This document shows positions 38,051 through 51,597 of a stretch of 64,000 nucleotides of DNA, piece after piece (within the stretch, counting starts at the first letter, position 1; every line of letters starts with the position of its first letter). Location: the NCBI RefSeq assembly GCF_004010195.1, contig NC_057711.1, positions 70,126,944-70,190,943 on the forward strand. The letters run 5' to 3'. The notes beneath the pieces are model-generated. The model saw only the letters and a list, made by a program, of their open reading frames with translations. It did no database searches and was not told where the DNA came from. The position numbers and the translations under genes were made by a program. The stretch is from Chiloscyllium plagiosum. Its lineage: Eukaryota.

Positions 38051-39824
38051 TTGCTGGCAGTGTAGTATGGTAGAGCAGAAGCATACTGTAAGTGGATTGG
38101 AGATGTGCCACAATAGTGCCGAAAAGCCAATATATATCAGAATAAGCATTTGTGGATGTGGGATGCATACATTCACTGCTCATGGAGAATACCTGAGACA
38201 ATGATACTGATTGTCCAAGATGGACATACAGAGGAGCAAATAGTGAACTGGAGTCTCTACATACCCCTCTGACTTCCATGTTGGGAATTCTTGGTGTCTA
38301 GTTTTTATTCGGCAGGTGGGATAATGGGAGATTATATCTGATGAAGTGATAGTAATGAGGATGATAATGAGTGATAATAGCCTAATAGGCTCCTCATCAC
38401 TCAGTAATAAGAATATCATCTCAAAATCCTTGGTTGAACAATGCAACCCTTCGTCTCAACATTGATAAAGGACTTTATCAACACCTCATCTGGTTTTCCC
38501 AAATTTCCTGCTAAAGACCGCAATGTTTGGGAGGATTCAGCCCAAGGTTTCACAGAAGTATCACTTAATATTTTTTGGGTTTTCTTTTATGTTACAGATT
38601 TGAGTGGCTTAATACTCGGTCACTCAGTTTCAGACTCTGCGTTTAAGAGGTAATGTATAACAATACAGAACCAATGCCACTTTGGCTTATGAGTTATTGA
38701 GAAATATTGATCTCCTGATCCAAAAAATCCCTCCAGGCCTATCTCTAAAACTTGAGTTACTGTCATGTCCAGCAGAATGGGCATTGTCCTCATTAGCCAT
38801 TTTTTTAAAAAAATGGCCACATGTAGGATTATGCTGAGAATAGTTTTACTCAGTTAGCAGTAGTTATTTTATTGCTATATTATTATTTTTAAAGTACTGC
38901 AGTTAATTGCTGAAAATTAAAGAATCAAAACTATTTATATATTTCCATCTCCTATTTTCTTATTTTCATTTTTTTCATTACCTGCAAACAACTGTTACGT
39001 CACTGGGTAAACTCTCCTGCTTAATTTAAAATCAGCATCACAGAAAAGGTTTAATACTGTGCAGTAATCTGTAAAAATCCGAGTGGCCAAGACTTATTTA
39101 AAGTAAAATCTAACAACTTTATTTATTAAAGTATAACAGAGAATAATTAGTGAATCACTATTTACAATTTCTTCCTCTAACCTATCCTTTACCATTCCTT
39201 CTATTGTATTGGTCTGATAAAACTCCCAATTAAGATTTGCAAAACTACACTTCTTATCTCAAAACCAGACAGCTTTCATGCCTGGATTTTGGATCTTCCT
39301 GTGTCTTCTTTTCTTCTTCTTAGGAATTTCTGCTTCACAGGTTACTGATCAAAATGATAATTATAAGAGAGCTTGTTTCCAAGCAGTCTGTTTACAAGCT
39401 GGGCTTGGCAGTTCTCCTCTCAACTGTTCAATTTTCCCCTGTCTTATACCCCCCCAAAGCATCAGATTGTGTCATTGGCTTTTAAGATTGTCAATATACT
39501 CAATTCAAACTGGATTGGAGTTTGGTATTTTTGGGTGTATAATTTACTTTGATTGGCTGAATTTGAATTTATTTTTGTCTCCAGACAACAAGCTAATTGA
39601 GTTGTTCGAGCAAGGTGCTGTGTCCGGTAGTTCTGCTGCTTTTAACTCTCGTAAAGTACGCACACATCTTCATAACACAAGCAATAAAATACTTTTTAAC
39701 TGATTTTATTCAGCTTTGTGCTGGAGGAATCCTCTTTCAAATTTTGAACTTCTTTGCTATAAAATGTAGACAAACCATTAACTTAGAAACAAACAAAGTA
39801 ATTTTTCCATTACTATTTAGGTAG

Positions 39825-40090
39825 CAATTTTCATGTTTTCAGGATATTACAAGTTGCTTCACAGTTAATTAAATACTTAATTGAAATATTGTCACTTTGA
39901 TAATGCAGACATGTAAAGGTAGCCAATTTATGCATGTCAAGATCCCAAAAACTAGAATGCCATAAATAGTCATCTGTTTCAATGATGTTAATTGAGGGAT
40001 AACTAGTCTTCAGATAATTCCATAAAATATTTTACATTCAACTGAAGGGGCAAATGTTTAATTGGTTTAATTCCTCACCTGTAAAGTCAA
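39825..40090 (-). mobile_element. Decayed Deu-domain SINE
   Basis: TGATGTTAATTGAGGGATAA...TTTTACATTCAACTGAAGGGGCA; similar to 57595-57905. Confidence 0.55.
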
Positions 40091-42183
40091 ATTAATCCTT
40101 GTTAATCCTGATATGAATTTGTCAACCAGGGTGAGATGTTGATACCTCGGCATCCCTCAGAAATAAACTGCATTCTTTGAAAGATTCATCCTGGCTGAGG
40201 ATTAGAAATAAACTAGATGCAAGCATGCTGCTGATTTTTCTTTAACCATTACATATTTTATTCCTTATTTTTTCCCACACTTTCTGCAGAAGAAAAGTCT
40301 TCTACCAATCTGGATTTGTCGCTGCAACTCCCAGGATCCTAATTATAGAAAGTCCAACTGGCCAGTTAAGTGGCTGACTGACTCTTAATTACTTCAGGCC
40401 TTCCCCACAGAGAAAAAAAAGAAGAGATCATTTTTATTAATGAACTCTCTACTGACTATGGTTTAGTGAATTTTGATTGTCTTTAAGACATCACATAAGT
40501 GTATTCTTAATATAGCAGCTTTGACATTGAAAGTCATCAAGTTGTTCAACCTGGCAAAGAGACAAGACATCTTACCTGAATCCTCTAGGCAGCAACGGTG
40601 GGTAGCAATGAGAAGTAGGAATAATGACTGATTACTTTTCCTGCAGTTTGCATTACTAATGTCCACTATATTTCCCTTACTGTGTCTCTGGCTAACAACA
40701 AATGACTCAGCACAAAAGTGTGGCTCTAACTTAGGATCTTCACAGCTCTTAGCTCAGATCTTCACCAAATAGGGTTAAAGTGTTACCTCCTTTGTATGTA
40801 TGTCAAATTAATAAAACTATCCTTTGTGCAACTATTCAGCAGATATTTTACCTGCTGCAGTTGAGCCTTTTGTGGGATAATTGAGAAAGAATATTTTCCG
40901 ACATGAAGCTTTTAAATTTGATTTACGAAGAAGGAAAAAAGAGAACTGCTTACAGTGTATAGGAATACAATAATGGTGAAACACTTATGCAATGTGTAAA
41001 CATCTACTCCTAGCACGAGTCAGCTGGTTTGAATTCCATATGTTTTGATTTGTGATGTCTTAATGGAACCCTCTTCAAAGAATTTTTAAGATTGATTGAC
41101 GATCCTGACCACCCCATCCCTAACACTTTGTTTTTATTTTGTGCTGACAATAATGTTCATTGGCACAAGTTCGACTACAACAGAGACAGGACATCATGCA
41201 GTTATCTTTATGAGTCATCCAAACACAATACTAAATACATGTCAGCCAAGGAAATATTAGTCGAGAGGAAAAAATGCCTTTGATGTACTTCAGCATGCAG
41301 TGATTTGTGCGGAGCCTGAAACTGCTGCCCTCTTGTAAGAAACAGTGTATGCTTACAGTATTGTAATCTTACTAAGAGTCTGTGAGACCACCCATTGCTT
41401 TAAAATAGTCCTGTCCTTTCAGCTGAAACTATACATTTTATGTCTAATATGGGTCTTCTTACATAGGGAACTTTGAACTATCTTGCAATGTTTCTGTTGG
41501 AAGAAGTTAAAGCAAAAAATGAAATTTGTCAAAAACATACCCCCATCCTCGCTGGTAAATTGTCAGTCATTTGAAATGTATAGACTGTTAGAGCTTGCGA
41601 AACTGGGGAAAGAATTATGAAAAATTTACAGGCCTTTACAAATAGAAGGGTCAGCCATGCGACAGTTTTTGTCAGATATTCATAGATGCATGAAATGCAT
41701 GCTGCTTAGCGTGCAGAATGCCAGTCAAACAGGAGAGCAGAATACCCAGTAAAAACAACACAGATGGAATTTTTGGAGCTGCAAAAGAGATTCTCTTATT
41801 TATTTGTATTGATCTTCATGATGTGTTGCCAAGAGTCACTTGGCAATGACAGAACATGTTGTCATGTGCATATCTCAGTATTAGAGGGAATTGTGCAGAT
41901 GGATTCTCTGGTGTCTGTAGTTCTAAGCAAAGAACAAATTATATTGGCACCTGCAAATCTTTATGATATGATTTGGTCAAGGACAGTACTACATGTTTAT
42001 TTCACTCAAACATGAATCTGCCTCATATTTTATATGTTTCTTCTTCACTTGCTCTCAGTTTCAAGCCAAAAAAGTTTTTCAATAGGTCGTCTAGAGAGAA
42101 GCTGCGTTATAGGGACCCAGAGGTTTGATCAGTGGTCTGTGTGGGGCTTACTGATCTCAGAGGGCTCTTGGTAGGATTGTTAT

Positions 42184-42486
42184 TAGATTAGATCTTCTAC
42201 AGTGTGTAAACAGGCCCTTTGGCCCAACAAGTCCACATCGCCCCTCCGAAGAGAAACCCACCCAAACCCATTTCCCCTACCCTATATTTACCCCTGACTA
42301 ATGCATCTAACACTGTGGGCAATTTAGCATGGCCAATTCACCTGACCTGCACATCTTTGGACTATGGGAGGAAACCAGAGCAGACACTGGGAGAATGTGC
42401 AAACTCCACATAGACAGGTGGGAATCGAACCCAGGACCCTGGCGCTGTGTGGCAGCAGTGCTAACCACTGAGCCACCGTGCTGCCC
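42184..42486 (-). mobile_element. V-SINE (HE1-like), internally deleted
   Basis: Head GGGCAGCACGGTGGCTCAGTGGTTAGCACTGCTGCC...GGTTCGATTCCC; (TCTAA)n tail. Confidence 0.9.
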
Positions 42487-43460
42487 ATAAATGATTGACC
42501 TCAGCAAGCCCAGTTGTTAGGAACACAAAGATCAGCCTAGGATCTCAGTCTTCATCTTTAGGATCCCAAGACTCATTACATGGCACAGAAATGTGATTGG
42601 ATGGGACTTTTACCTATTAATTTTCTGCTTCTCTAACCCAGTCGAATGCTCTAGAAATAGAATCAGCAGAATGTTCAGGCTGGGCAACTTTTGCCTGTAA
42701 TGTTGCAATAAATGTTCCCTCCCCCAGGAGGTGGTGAATTTCTCATTTTCCACATTATCATTACATTGGGCTTTCTGAACTAAATTGCTATTTTAATGGT
42801 TTTTTTTGGAGGAGGAATATATAGTTGATTAAGAAAACTCCTGGCCACCCCTTGTAGCAGTAACATAAAATTACTCATGAAAACAGGCATTATTTAGTAA
42901 TTGTGAGCTTGTAAATATTTTAACAACAATTTAATTAATCAGTTCAGATTGACATGATACAGTTCCAGGACAGGTGAGACTTAGAACCTTGACTTTTTGG
43001 CTCAGATACACACACAGTACTGTTGCAACATAAGACCCTAACAACTACAGGAATGTTTGCTATATTCCAAAAAGAATTTGAAAGCCATTTTATATATTAA
43101 AAGTATCTCTTGTGTAACTTTTCCTATTTAAAAATGATATATTGTACTTCCATGTTTTGCATTTTACCCACACTACTTCCCTACTTGTATGCATGGGTGA
43201 TCCTAACTGATTTGCCTGTCAAACTTCAATGTTTATGAAAAAGCAAGATTTTTCTTTACATCTCACTTGATTTGATTGTAGTCATATGTTTTATAGAAAA
43301 CAGACTGTATCCATAGCTTGTAAGATAGTACTGGGGCACCAACTAGTTTCTCCATGAAAGCCAAGTGTCATTTTTGAAGGAAGTATATGCTTTTCATAGC
43401 AAAATTAAAATGATATCATTTGTACATTTCATCAGTGCTTTTTTCTTTGCTGTTTGTCAG

Positions 43461-43585
43461 GTCATGCATCTTCTATAGAGCCTGTGATGACATCCCGAGA
43501 GGAATGGAGCTTTTGGTCTGGTACAATGATAGCTATACCTCATTCTTTGGGATTCCTTTTCAGTGCATTGCACAAGATGACAATT
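43461..43585 (+). CDS. PRDM6: PRDM6 internal exon (125 bp), end of PR/SET domain: [41 protein letters not shown]
   Basis: Acceptor tgtttgtcag, donor T|gtaagt; IFYRA..DI..G.ELLVWY PR motif; phases 2 and 1 match the neighbouring exons. Confidence 0.97.
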
Positions 43586-44632
43586 GTAAGTATTTCCTTT
43601 TGCAGCTTTAAAATCATTTGAACATGGACCGTACTCCTTTCACTGCCAAAATCTATTTGCTAACAGACACCAGGCTGACCTTTTCTTGTCAAGACTTAGC
43701 TTTCTGCAGAATAGGTCAAAACAACATACAGTGCTGTTTCTTTACTTCATGATACTGGTAAAGTTCAGGACATCTGGACTAAATGTTACACTTGAGAAGT
43801 ATAGAATTTGACTGTGATGGTCATGATGTTATTCTAAGAGCCCTATAGTGTTGTAAATAATTCTGTACAAGTGTTTGCTGATTTGAATTGCTGTCATGTT
43901 TTCTGTATGGAAAGAAGTGTTCTAAACTTTATCAGATGTGCAAAAGAAGAAACTGCAACATTAAATGGTTTACCAATAAGTGAGCTTGTGGTCGCAATAT
44001 CGTAAGAAGATCCAGCTAGCAACATTTCACCTTGTCAGCATTGAGCAGTAAGCTGGCTTCTCTTTCCTGTGGAGTATTTTGGGTAGGACTATAGCCAACT
44101 TGTGCCACCTTGGAATGCCAACATAATTGAAAATAAATGAAATTTAGGTAAAGTGAATGAGCTGGTTGTGGAGCTTGATTTTCCCGCAGTCAGCAACACA
44201 TTCATTAAGGCCTTGATTTTCATCCTGATGTAGAGCATTGTTATTGCAGTGATACTGGCAGAAGAGGTTAGGAGTCCTTAGTGCCAACTTTGAATCCAGA
44301 TTTTCTTATTTTTATGGGTGTGGGAATAAAGTCAGTCTGTATTTCATGAGTGCTCAGTTCCTAGAGGTAGCCGGCCACTTGAATGACCAGCATCCCCCAC
44401 TGAAGTCGGATTTTAGAATCCCTGGTGTCTGGAACCTAAAGTTTGGAGATTAGACCAGGTAACAGCAGCTATGTTTGCAATGCAGTTGTTTTAGATTTCT
44501 CCATTTGAGGAGCACAGGTACCCCTGCAGGTATGGGCCAAGTCACTTTGGGGGTGGTGGTCAGAGACACTTTTGGAGTAGGGGTGTGTGGCATGTTTGGT
44601 ATCCTGATCCATGTTTGGCATCATGGGTCAGT

Positions 44633-44677
44633 GGAACTACCTGATGAAGAGGCAGTGCCTCGAAAGCTAGTGCTTCC
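44633..44677 (+). ncRNA. Minimal hammerhead ribozyme motif, best-preserved copy (family H2; element extends to about 44721)
   Basis: GGAACUAC CUGAUGA A GAGGC AGU GCCUC GAAA GCUA GUGCUUCC: stem I 7/8 pairs, perfect 5-bp stem II, AGCU palindrome at stem III, CUA triplet. Confidence 0.75.
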
Positions 44678-45164
44678 AAATAAACCTGTTGGACTTGAAC
44701 CTGGTGTTGTGTGATTTTTAACATGATCTATCAAAACCTTCCAATAAATGTACTGAAGTATCAAGAGGTCTTGACTTGTCAAAAAGTATCAGGATATGTC
44801 AAAATGTCAAGTCTGTGCCAACATGTGTCAAAATGTTTTTACGAATGAGAGTGCTATTCTCCGCAAAATAGAACTTCAAGTAATAGAAATATAATTTTTC
44901 TTTGACCTGTGAACTAGTGGATTTGCAATGCATTGGCATGGAAGGTTAAAGGGATAAAGGTGGTGGGTGGATTTAATAGTTAGGTTGGCACGCACATATA
45001 AGTAGCCATAGTGAATGGGCAGCGGGCATTAGATTGCATTAGTTGGCATGGATGAAGCATACGGGTTTGTGGAGGTGAGGGTCTGTGACAGATGAGAGCT
45101 GAGGAAAATGTAATATTCTGTCCTTTTGGAAGTAAAGCACCCTTTGATATAATGAAAAGACATG

Positions 45165-45730
45165 CTATAAGACCATAAGAGGTAAGAGCAGAAGCAGGCC
45201 ATTTTGCCCATTGAACCTACTCTGCTATTCATTAAGTTCATGGTTGATCTAATGACCCTCAAATTCACCTTCCCGCCTTTTCTCCATAATGCTTAATTTC
45301 CTTACTGATTAAAATCTGTCACTTTCAGCCTTGAACGTACTTAACAATCCAGACTCTTCAGCCCTCTGTAGTAAAGATTTCCATAGATTCAGTACCCTCT
45401 GAGAGAAGAAATTGTTCCTCATCTCTGTCTCAAATGGGCAATCCCTTACTTTGAGATTATGCCCTCTGGTCCTACACTCTCTCACAGGTGAAGCAATTTT
45501 TCCCGCACCAACCCTATTGGGTGCCCTAATAATCTTCCAATAAGGTCACTTTACATTCTTCTAATCTCCAGTAGGTTCCTCATAATATAGGCCTCCATAC
45601 CCTGTATCACTCTAGTGAACCTTCTCTGGACTGCATTCAATATTAATATATCTTTCCTTAGATGAACGGACAAAAGCTGTTCATGGTATAGCAACTTTGA
45701 AATGACTAGTGCCTTGTGTAGCTTTAGCTG
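45165..45730 (-). mobile_element. CR1-type LINE 3' fragment
   Basis: Similar to 19765-20435. Confidence 0.8.
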
Positions 45731-45749
45731 GACTTTTGAAGGAAAGGTC

Positions 45750-46252
45750 AGAACATTAAATGTAGGAGTTGGGAGGTCATGTTGTGACTGTACAAGACAT
45801 TGGTTAAGCTACATTTGGAATATTGCATATAATTCTGGTCTCCTTCCTATCAGAAGGATGTTGTGAAACTTCAAAGGGTTCAGAAAAGATTTACACAGAT
45901 GTTGCCAGATTTGGAGGATTTGAGCTGTTGGGAGAGGCTGAATAGACTGGACCATCGAAGGCTTAGGGGTGACCTATAGAGGTTTATAAAATCATGAGGG
46001 GCATGGATAGGATAAACAGACATGATCTTTTCCCTGGGGTAGGGGAATCCAGAACTAGAGGGCATAGGTTTAGGGTGAGAGGGGAAAGATATAAAAGGGA
46101 CCTAAGGGGCAACTTTTTCATGCAGAGAGTGGTGCGTGTACAGAATGATGTGGTGGAGGCTTGTACAATTACAGCATTTAAAAGGCATCTGGATGGGTAT
46201 ATGAATAGGGTCTGTTTCCATGCTGTATATCTCTATGACTCTATGACTCTAT
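45750..46252 (+). mobile_element. CR1 family A 3' fragment
   Basis: MRGMDRINRHDLFPGVGESRTRGHRFRVRGERYKRDLRGNFFMQRVV; (CTATGACT)n tail. Confidence 0.92.
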
Positions 46253-46949
46253 AACATATAATTCCATTTTACCTGCCAAACTTGTATTTCAGCTTTTTGT
46301 GAGTTATGCAGGAGAACACCTAACTCTTTCTGTGCTGTAGATTTCTGCATTTAAATAATATTCATCTCCTCTAATCTTTCTGCTAAAGTGTATTACCTCA
46401 CATTTTCCCATAATATCTTCCATCTCCCAAATTCTTTGTCCAGTCATAAAAAGTGCAAGAGCTCATTTGACTAGCACAGTTGTGAGGGAACTGTGAAAAA
46501 GAAGCAAGGGAACAGATGTCTGAGCAGCTTCAAAACAAAAGTTAAAAGACAGAGGAAAAGTGGCGCAGCCAAAGTTGAATATCAATAGAGTCCAGTGCAG
46601 AAGAACACCATATCCTTTGATGATATACTTCAATACATTTACAGATTTTTGAACATATACAATACTGGTGTATTTAAAAGTCGCCTACCTTTTCTGTGCA
46701 AACCCCTATCATTAAGGCAAGGCCCAGCGCAGTTTACTTGAAGGACTGTGATACTGAACTTTTTATTTCTTTATTTTTCTAATTCACTCCTAAGATCCTG
46801 TACTTAGGAACCTTTATGCCTGTGGTTGTGGCATTAAATGGCGATTTTGTAAACTTTTCACTGCACTTATGTCAATACATGTAACAATAAACCTAATTCC
46901 AATTCTAATTCTAATACTTAACTACTTAAGGACTGATCTACTTGGATTG

Positions 46950-47450
46950 ATAGCAATTCAAAAGAGATTCACTTGGCTGATTCCATGGATAAAAGTCTGT
47001 TTTACGAGAAAAGGCTGAGCATCTTGTACCTACAATTATTTGGACTTGAGAAAAATGAGAGATGATGTTATACAAACATAGCATTCCGAAGGGTTGACAG
47101 GGTAGATGCTGAGAGAATGTTTCCCTTTCTGGGGAATCTAGAACCAGTAGTACAATTTCAAAATAAGGGATTTTTCACTTATGACAGAGATGAGGCTTTT
47201 TTATTCTTTTGGTTTAGTTTTTCAAACTCTGTTCCATAGATAGCATTGGATGCTGGGTCATTGAATATATTCAAAGCTGGACTTGCTAGATTTTTGATCT
47301 CCATGGGAGTTAAGACTAATGGAATGGGAGGGCAGACTAGCCGATAGGAAAATAGAGTTAAGATGTCAGTCATGTCAGCTACAATCCTATTGATCGGTGG
47401 ACCAGACTTGAGGGGTAGAATGCCCTATTATTGCTCCTATTTCTTATGAT
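46950..47450 (+). mobile_element. CR1-type LINE 3' fragment
   Basis: GACAGGGTAGATGCTGAGAGAATGTTTCCC...GAATCTAGAACCAG; tail TTGCTCCTATTTCTTATG. Confidence 0.8.
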
Positions 47451-50400
47451 TATCTGAATGTAGCATACACCATTACATTATAACTTATGTTGCAAACAGC
47501 TTTTAAACTTACCTGTGGAGAGGTTCCTGATTCCAGATTAGTATTCCTTCATAGTTCATGAATCCTGTGCGGTACCTCCAAAACAGGTTCAACTGTATGA
47601 AAATCCTTAGATATCCACCAGCCACAATGCAGTCTGAAAGAATGGAGATGTTGCATGCAGGCTGGCCACTCACAGCATAATGCCACACCCAGTTAAAAAG
47701 ACAACCTTATGGGAATTGGAGTGGGAGCCTGGAATCTGGGTTTACCCGCCTTTTTATAAATCTTGCTCACTTCCAGTTGGCCAGGGACGAAGTTGTGAAA
47801 ATCTGGCCTGGAATCACCTCTAACTGCCTGATTGTCCATTCATGATATCATCTGTGACATTGAATTCAATTCATTAGATCTGACCTAAGTCATGCTTACT
47901 ATTCTGTTGCTTCCAGCATAAGAAAGTTTTTAGTACAGATAATGATTTAGATAACCTATAGTTAGCTTTGAGGTTATAAGCTATAATTTAGAACTGCTTT
48001 ATCGTATTCCTGTTTTCATTGTTCAGTGTGTGTGGTCCAATCATTGATTTCATGTTCTTAATAGTTCCTGTGCAGCTGATAAAAAAAGGATTTGATTTTG
48101 TCAATTCTTTTATAATTTTGCAAGAGAATAGAGTTAAATACCTCTTTGAATGAGATTGAATTTAAACTTTAGCTATCGAATCTTCTCAAATTAATGGTTC
48201 AAGTCAGACAGTCCAGGGATTCAATTTGTTCCAGGGAGTTAACAAACACTGACTGTGTGTCTGATGATTCAGATGTTAAATGTGTAATTGTATAATTTAG
48301 TTTTTTTCTTTCCTGACAAGGTATCTCCAGCAAGATCCGGCTTGTATTGATTTCATGTAGCAAGTGTCACTGCTGCTTAAAATTTCTATGCTGGAATACT
48401 CGATTCCATTTATGTTGAGTCACTTCTAATACTTGACAGGATTGAAAAAGGTGTTGAAGCACCTCTGTGTATTTTGCATTGTTTATAGTACCTTGCACCC
48501 GGTCCAGCCTCCATTATTGATCAAGTTAGACAATGTTGCTGATGCTCCTCAACTCTCTATGTCCCACTGTTATGTAATAAACATTTCCATTTTCAGTTTG
48601 CAGTGCAGCAATATGTCTAGTATTAAATGGTTCAAAATTGAGTATTGACTGCACTGATAGCCAAAGAGCCTTCTTCCATAATCTTCTCCATTAGATTCCA
48701 GCCGTTACTTTTGTGCTTTGTCAGGGTACAGCTCTTAGTATTATCCAAAAATATTGACTCGGCCTTTTCTGTGATATGAACCTCCTTTTCCTGAAAAGGC
48801 ATTGATTGTCAAAAAAAATCTACAGTTGTAGTAAACCCTGTCTTCATTTCCCTTGCATTCTCTTTTGCTAGAAATAGAACTTCTCCAGCAAATAAAACTT
48901 ATTTATAATGAACAGCTCTTGGATTTAGTGATAGGAATGCCATATAACCAAAGAGATTCAAACACTCAACGTGTGCTTTTGCTAAACTTTGCCTCATATA
49001 CTAAGAACTCTAACCCAGCCACCATTAAGATTCATTAAACTTTTCACTGTTAAACTGCAGTCTGTAGTTAGACACATTTATCAGAACTAAATGCATTTGA
49101 AGGCAAAAGTCCTGATTAATCCACTGCATTGGATTTTGTGTGATGTTGTGCATTATAATTTAGTTCAAAATTGCAGGAATTTGGTCATTATTGTGTTTGG
49201 TATCAGATGCATTGGTAACACTTTCTCTGAGTTACTGATAAGAAAATTGACAATTTATTACATTTAGCAAAAATAGTTATTGATCCATTTTGTAGGTCCT
49301 CAGGAGAATTCATGTCAGCTGTTGGATTTAAATTCTGTTGAAGCTTGCTGAATATTCACAAGACAGAATTCTTGTGATAGCCTAGGATCTCTCTGAAACA
49401 TGCCCCATGGATATTGAGGAGGCAAGCAGACTTTTCATCTGTACACTTGCACACGGCTGAGGAGTACAGGCAACAGGGCCCCCATCATCGCAACAAGATT
49501 CATAAGTTGAATCAGGGTTGAAAGGAGAAGGGTAGCTCTCTCAGCTTTCACTTCCATCCTTGTGATTACAGAAGCCTTGGGAATCAATCTGACTGCAACC
49601 ATTCTGACTGCTGCTGGTACCCCTTTAAATAAAAATCTTGCCTTTGGCAATCGTTACAATGCGTAGACTCTATGACTGGCCAGGATCTCTAGAGTCTGAA
49701 TGCTAACCCCGAGACTGTGTTAAAGTGTCACACCAAAGTCATATTCCCCCAATGGGATTCCTGACCTGCTTCCTGCTTCAACCCTGTGATCTAATCAGTT
49801 AAAGGATTTTCCAAAGGATTCCACTCACTAGACACATCTGGGGACTGCTGCAATTGTTCATGGACAGAATGCTCTACATTGTAGTGAGCCATTATCAAGC
49901 ATTTATTTTAGTAAAAGGGATAACATTCTGCGTTGGATGAAAATTTATGCCAATAATGAGGAAGATCCTGATAACAGTGAGGATGGTAACAAAGTAGGAG
50001 GTCACCAGCAGTGGACAGTTAGAGTTCTTCATCAATTTTTAATCAATCAGCAATTCACCACAACCATGCCACAGTCTCTTCCCTAACCTTTCCATCTCCT
50101 GTCCGACATCTCACTTCTTGCCTCTCATACCCATCCTACACCTGTAACTGTCCAGACCAATATCTCCCTCAAGCCTTCCCCATTATTAAAGGATTGCCAA
50201 TCAAAGATGAACAGTAATGCATAATATTGCATTGACAACAACTACTGCACAAATGCTTTGAAGGCAAATTAACAATTGGAAATGTTGTTATAGTTTAATG
50301 GTTTACACAAATCCCATAAAAAAATTTTCACCAAGGTGTTAGTACATATTTAACGGTAAATATTTTTTGGCCTCTACCAATTTACGAGGTACTTTAGCTT

Positions 50401-51597
50401 GAAAGTGAATGAATATTGATTATTGGTCAGATGAGGTTGCTTATCATCAACAATCTCTTGTAGTTGGGGTCTAAGTGGGCTGGCTATACATTTCAATATT
50501 TGAGTGTAAATTAACTTTTCACTGGCTTGACAGTGGAGATGGAAAAGCTCCAGGAAAACTCCTAGTGTTAAGCTTTACTTGCAAAATTTAGAAGAGTATT
50601 GTATGGAAAAGCTAAATTCAATACATTTCTTTCAATTAACTTTGCAAGAGTTGGATGAAGAGGCATGGTATAAAGAAATTTAGGATTGATGTCATGACAT
50701 TCTTCATCCTGCAAAGCATGATCAATATAAGGAATAGAACTCCAATACAGGTAGTGAAGACAAAAACTCTTGATTCATTTACAAGATAATTATTTGGTGA
50801 GTTGGGGCTATTGTGGATTTTTCTAGCTGGATTATTAAGATGGGCTTAATGGGCTCTTCTTCATCGATAACTGCCCTGTGGTTTTGTGATAATAGTAAAG
50901 GAAACACCAAATTTTATTCCTAAGGTAAGTAAATTAAACTTATTAGGACTGTGCCTTTCCATAGCCTTGTTTAAAACATTGGATCTCATGCTTTCCGAAC
51001 CAGATTGGTTAATATAATGGCTTTGATATTTATCTTAAGCTAAACTTTATTAAAGAAAATTCCAAGCACAAGTTACTTCAGTATAAAGTTTCGATTTTTG
51101 GTTAGAAGATCAATTAAATACATCTTCTAAGAAGGTGTATGCATTTGTAGAGTGCAACTGTCGGTTACAAAATATATTTTATTTATTCTACATTTAATCA
51201 ATTTTAACAACAAAATGGCCAGAGTCATGGCTGCTAATTTTCTCAATCTATTATCTTGGAACTGAGCAGTATGGAAAATTACAGCTGGATTGTTCCTTCT
51301 TGCTGCTTCCTTTCAATTTTCTTAGTTGTACAAACGTTGGGACAAACAAGGCAAGTTAATTCCTCCCTCCCAGTACAACACCAGCCTGATCCAGGCAAGC
51401 CATAAAAATAGGGTCTTATTTCTGTCATACAAACGAAATGCAAACCCTCTCCCAGGTATGAGAAAGCTAAACAGAGTGCCTTTGGGTAAAATTTGGATAA
51501 TATGATGTTCACAATTGTTTGGGATTGCCAAACCTCAGTGTTCAAATAATAAGTTTCACCTTTTTTAAACATTTCTTTCTTGTTTTTTATTCCCTAG

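Noticed and set aside
39058..39677. Possible solo LTR (TGT...ACA, AATAAA and TATA-like motifs on the minus strand); similar impression at about 25100-25731
   Set aside because: No target-site duplication, second LTR or internal gag/pol found; needs a repeat-library search.
42420..42486. tRNA genes at SINE heads (also near 4150-4215, 28836-28915 and 59520-59585)
   Set aside because: The A/B boxes continue into SINE or LINE bodies and no complete cloverleaf is evident.
43420..43611. ORF-track boundaries for the PRDM6-like ORFs (also 51519-51938)
   Set aside because: Their starts and ends are intronic read-through; the true boundaries are the splice sites given in the features.
49290..49760. 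Further Harbinger transposase N-terminal fragment on the minus strand
   Set aside because: Similarity is too faint to support by eye.
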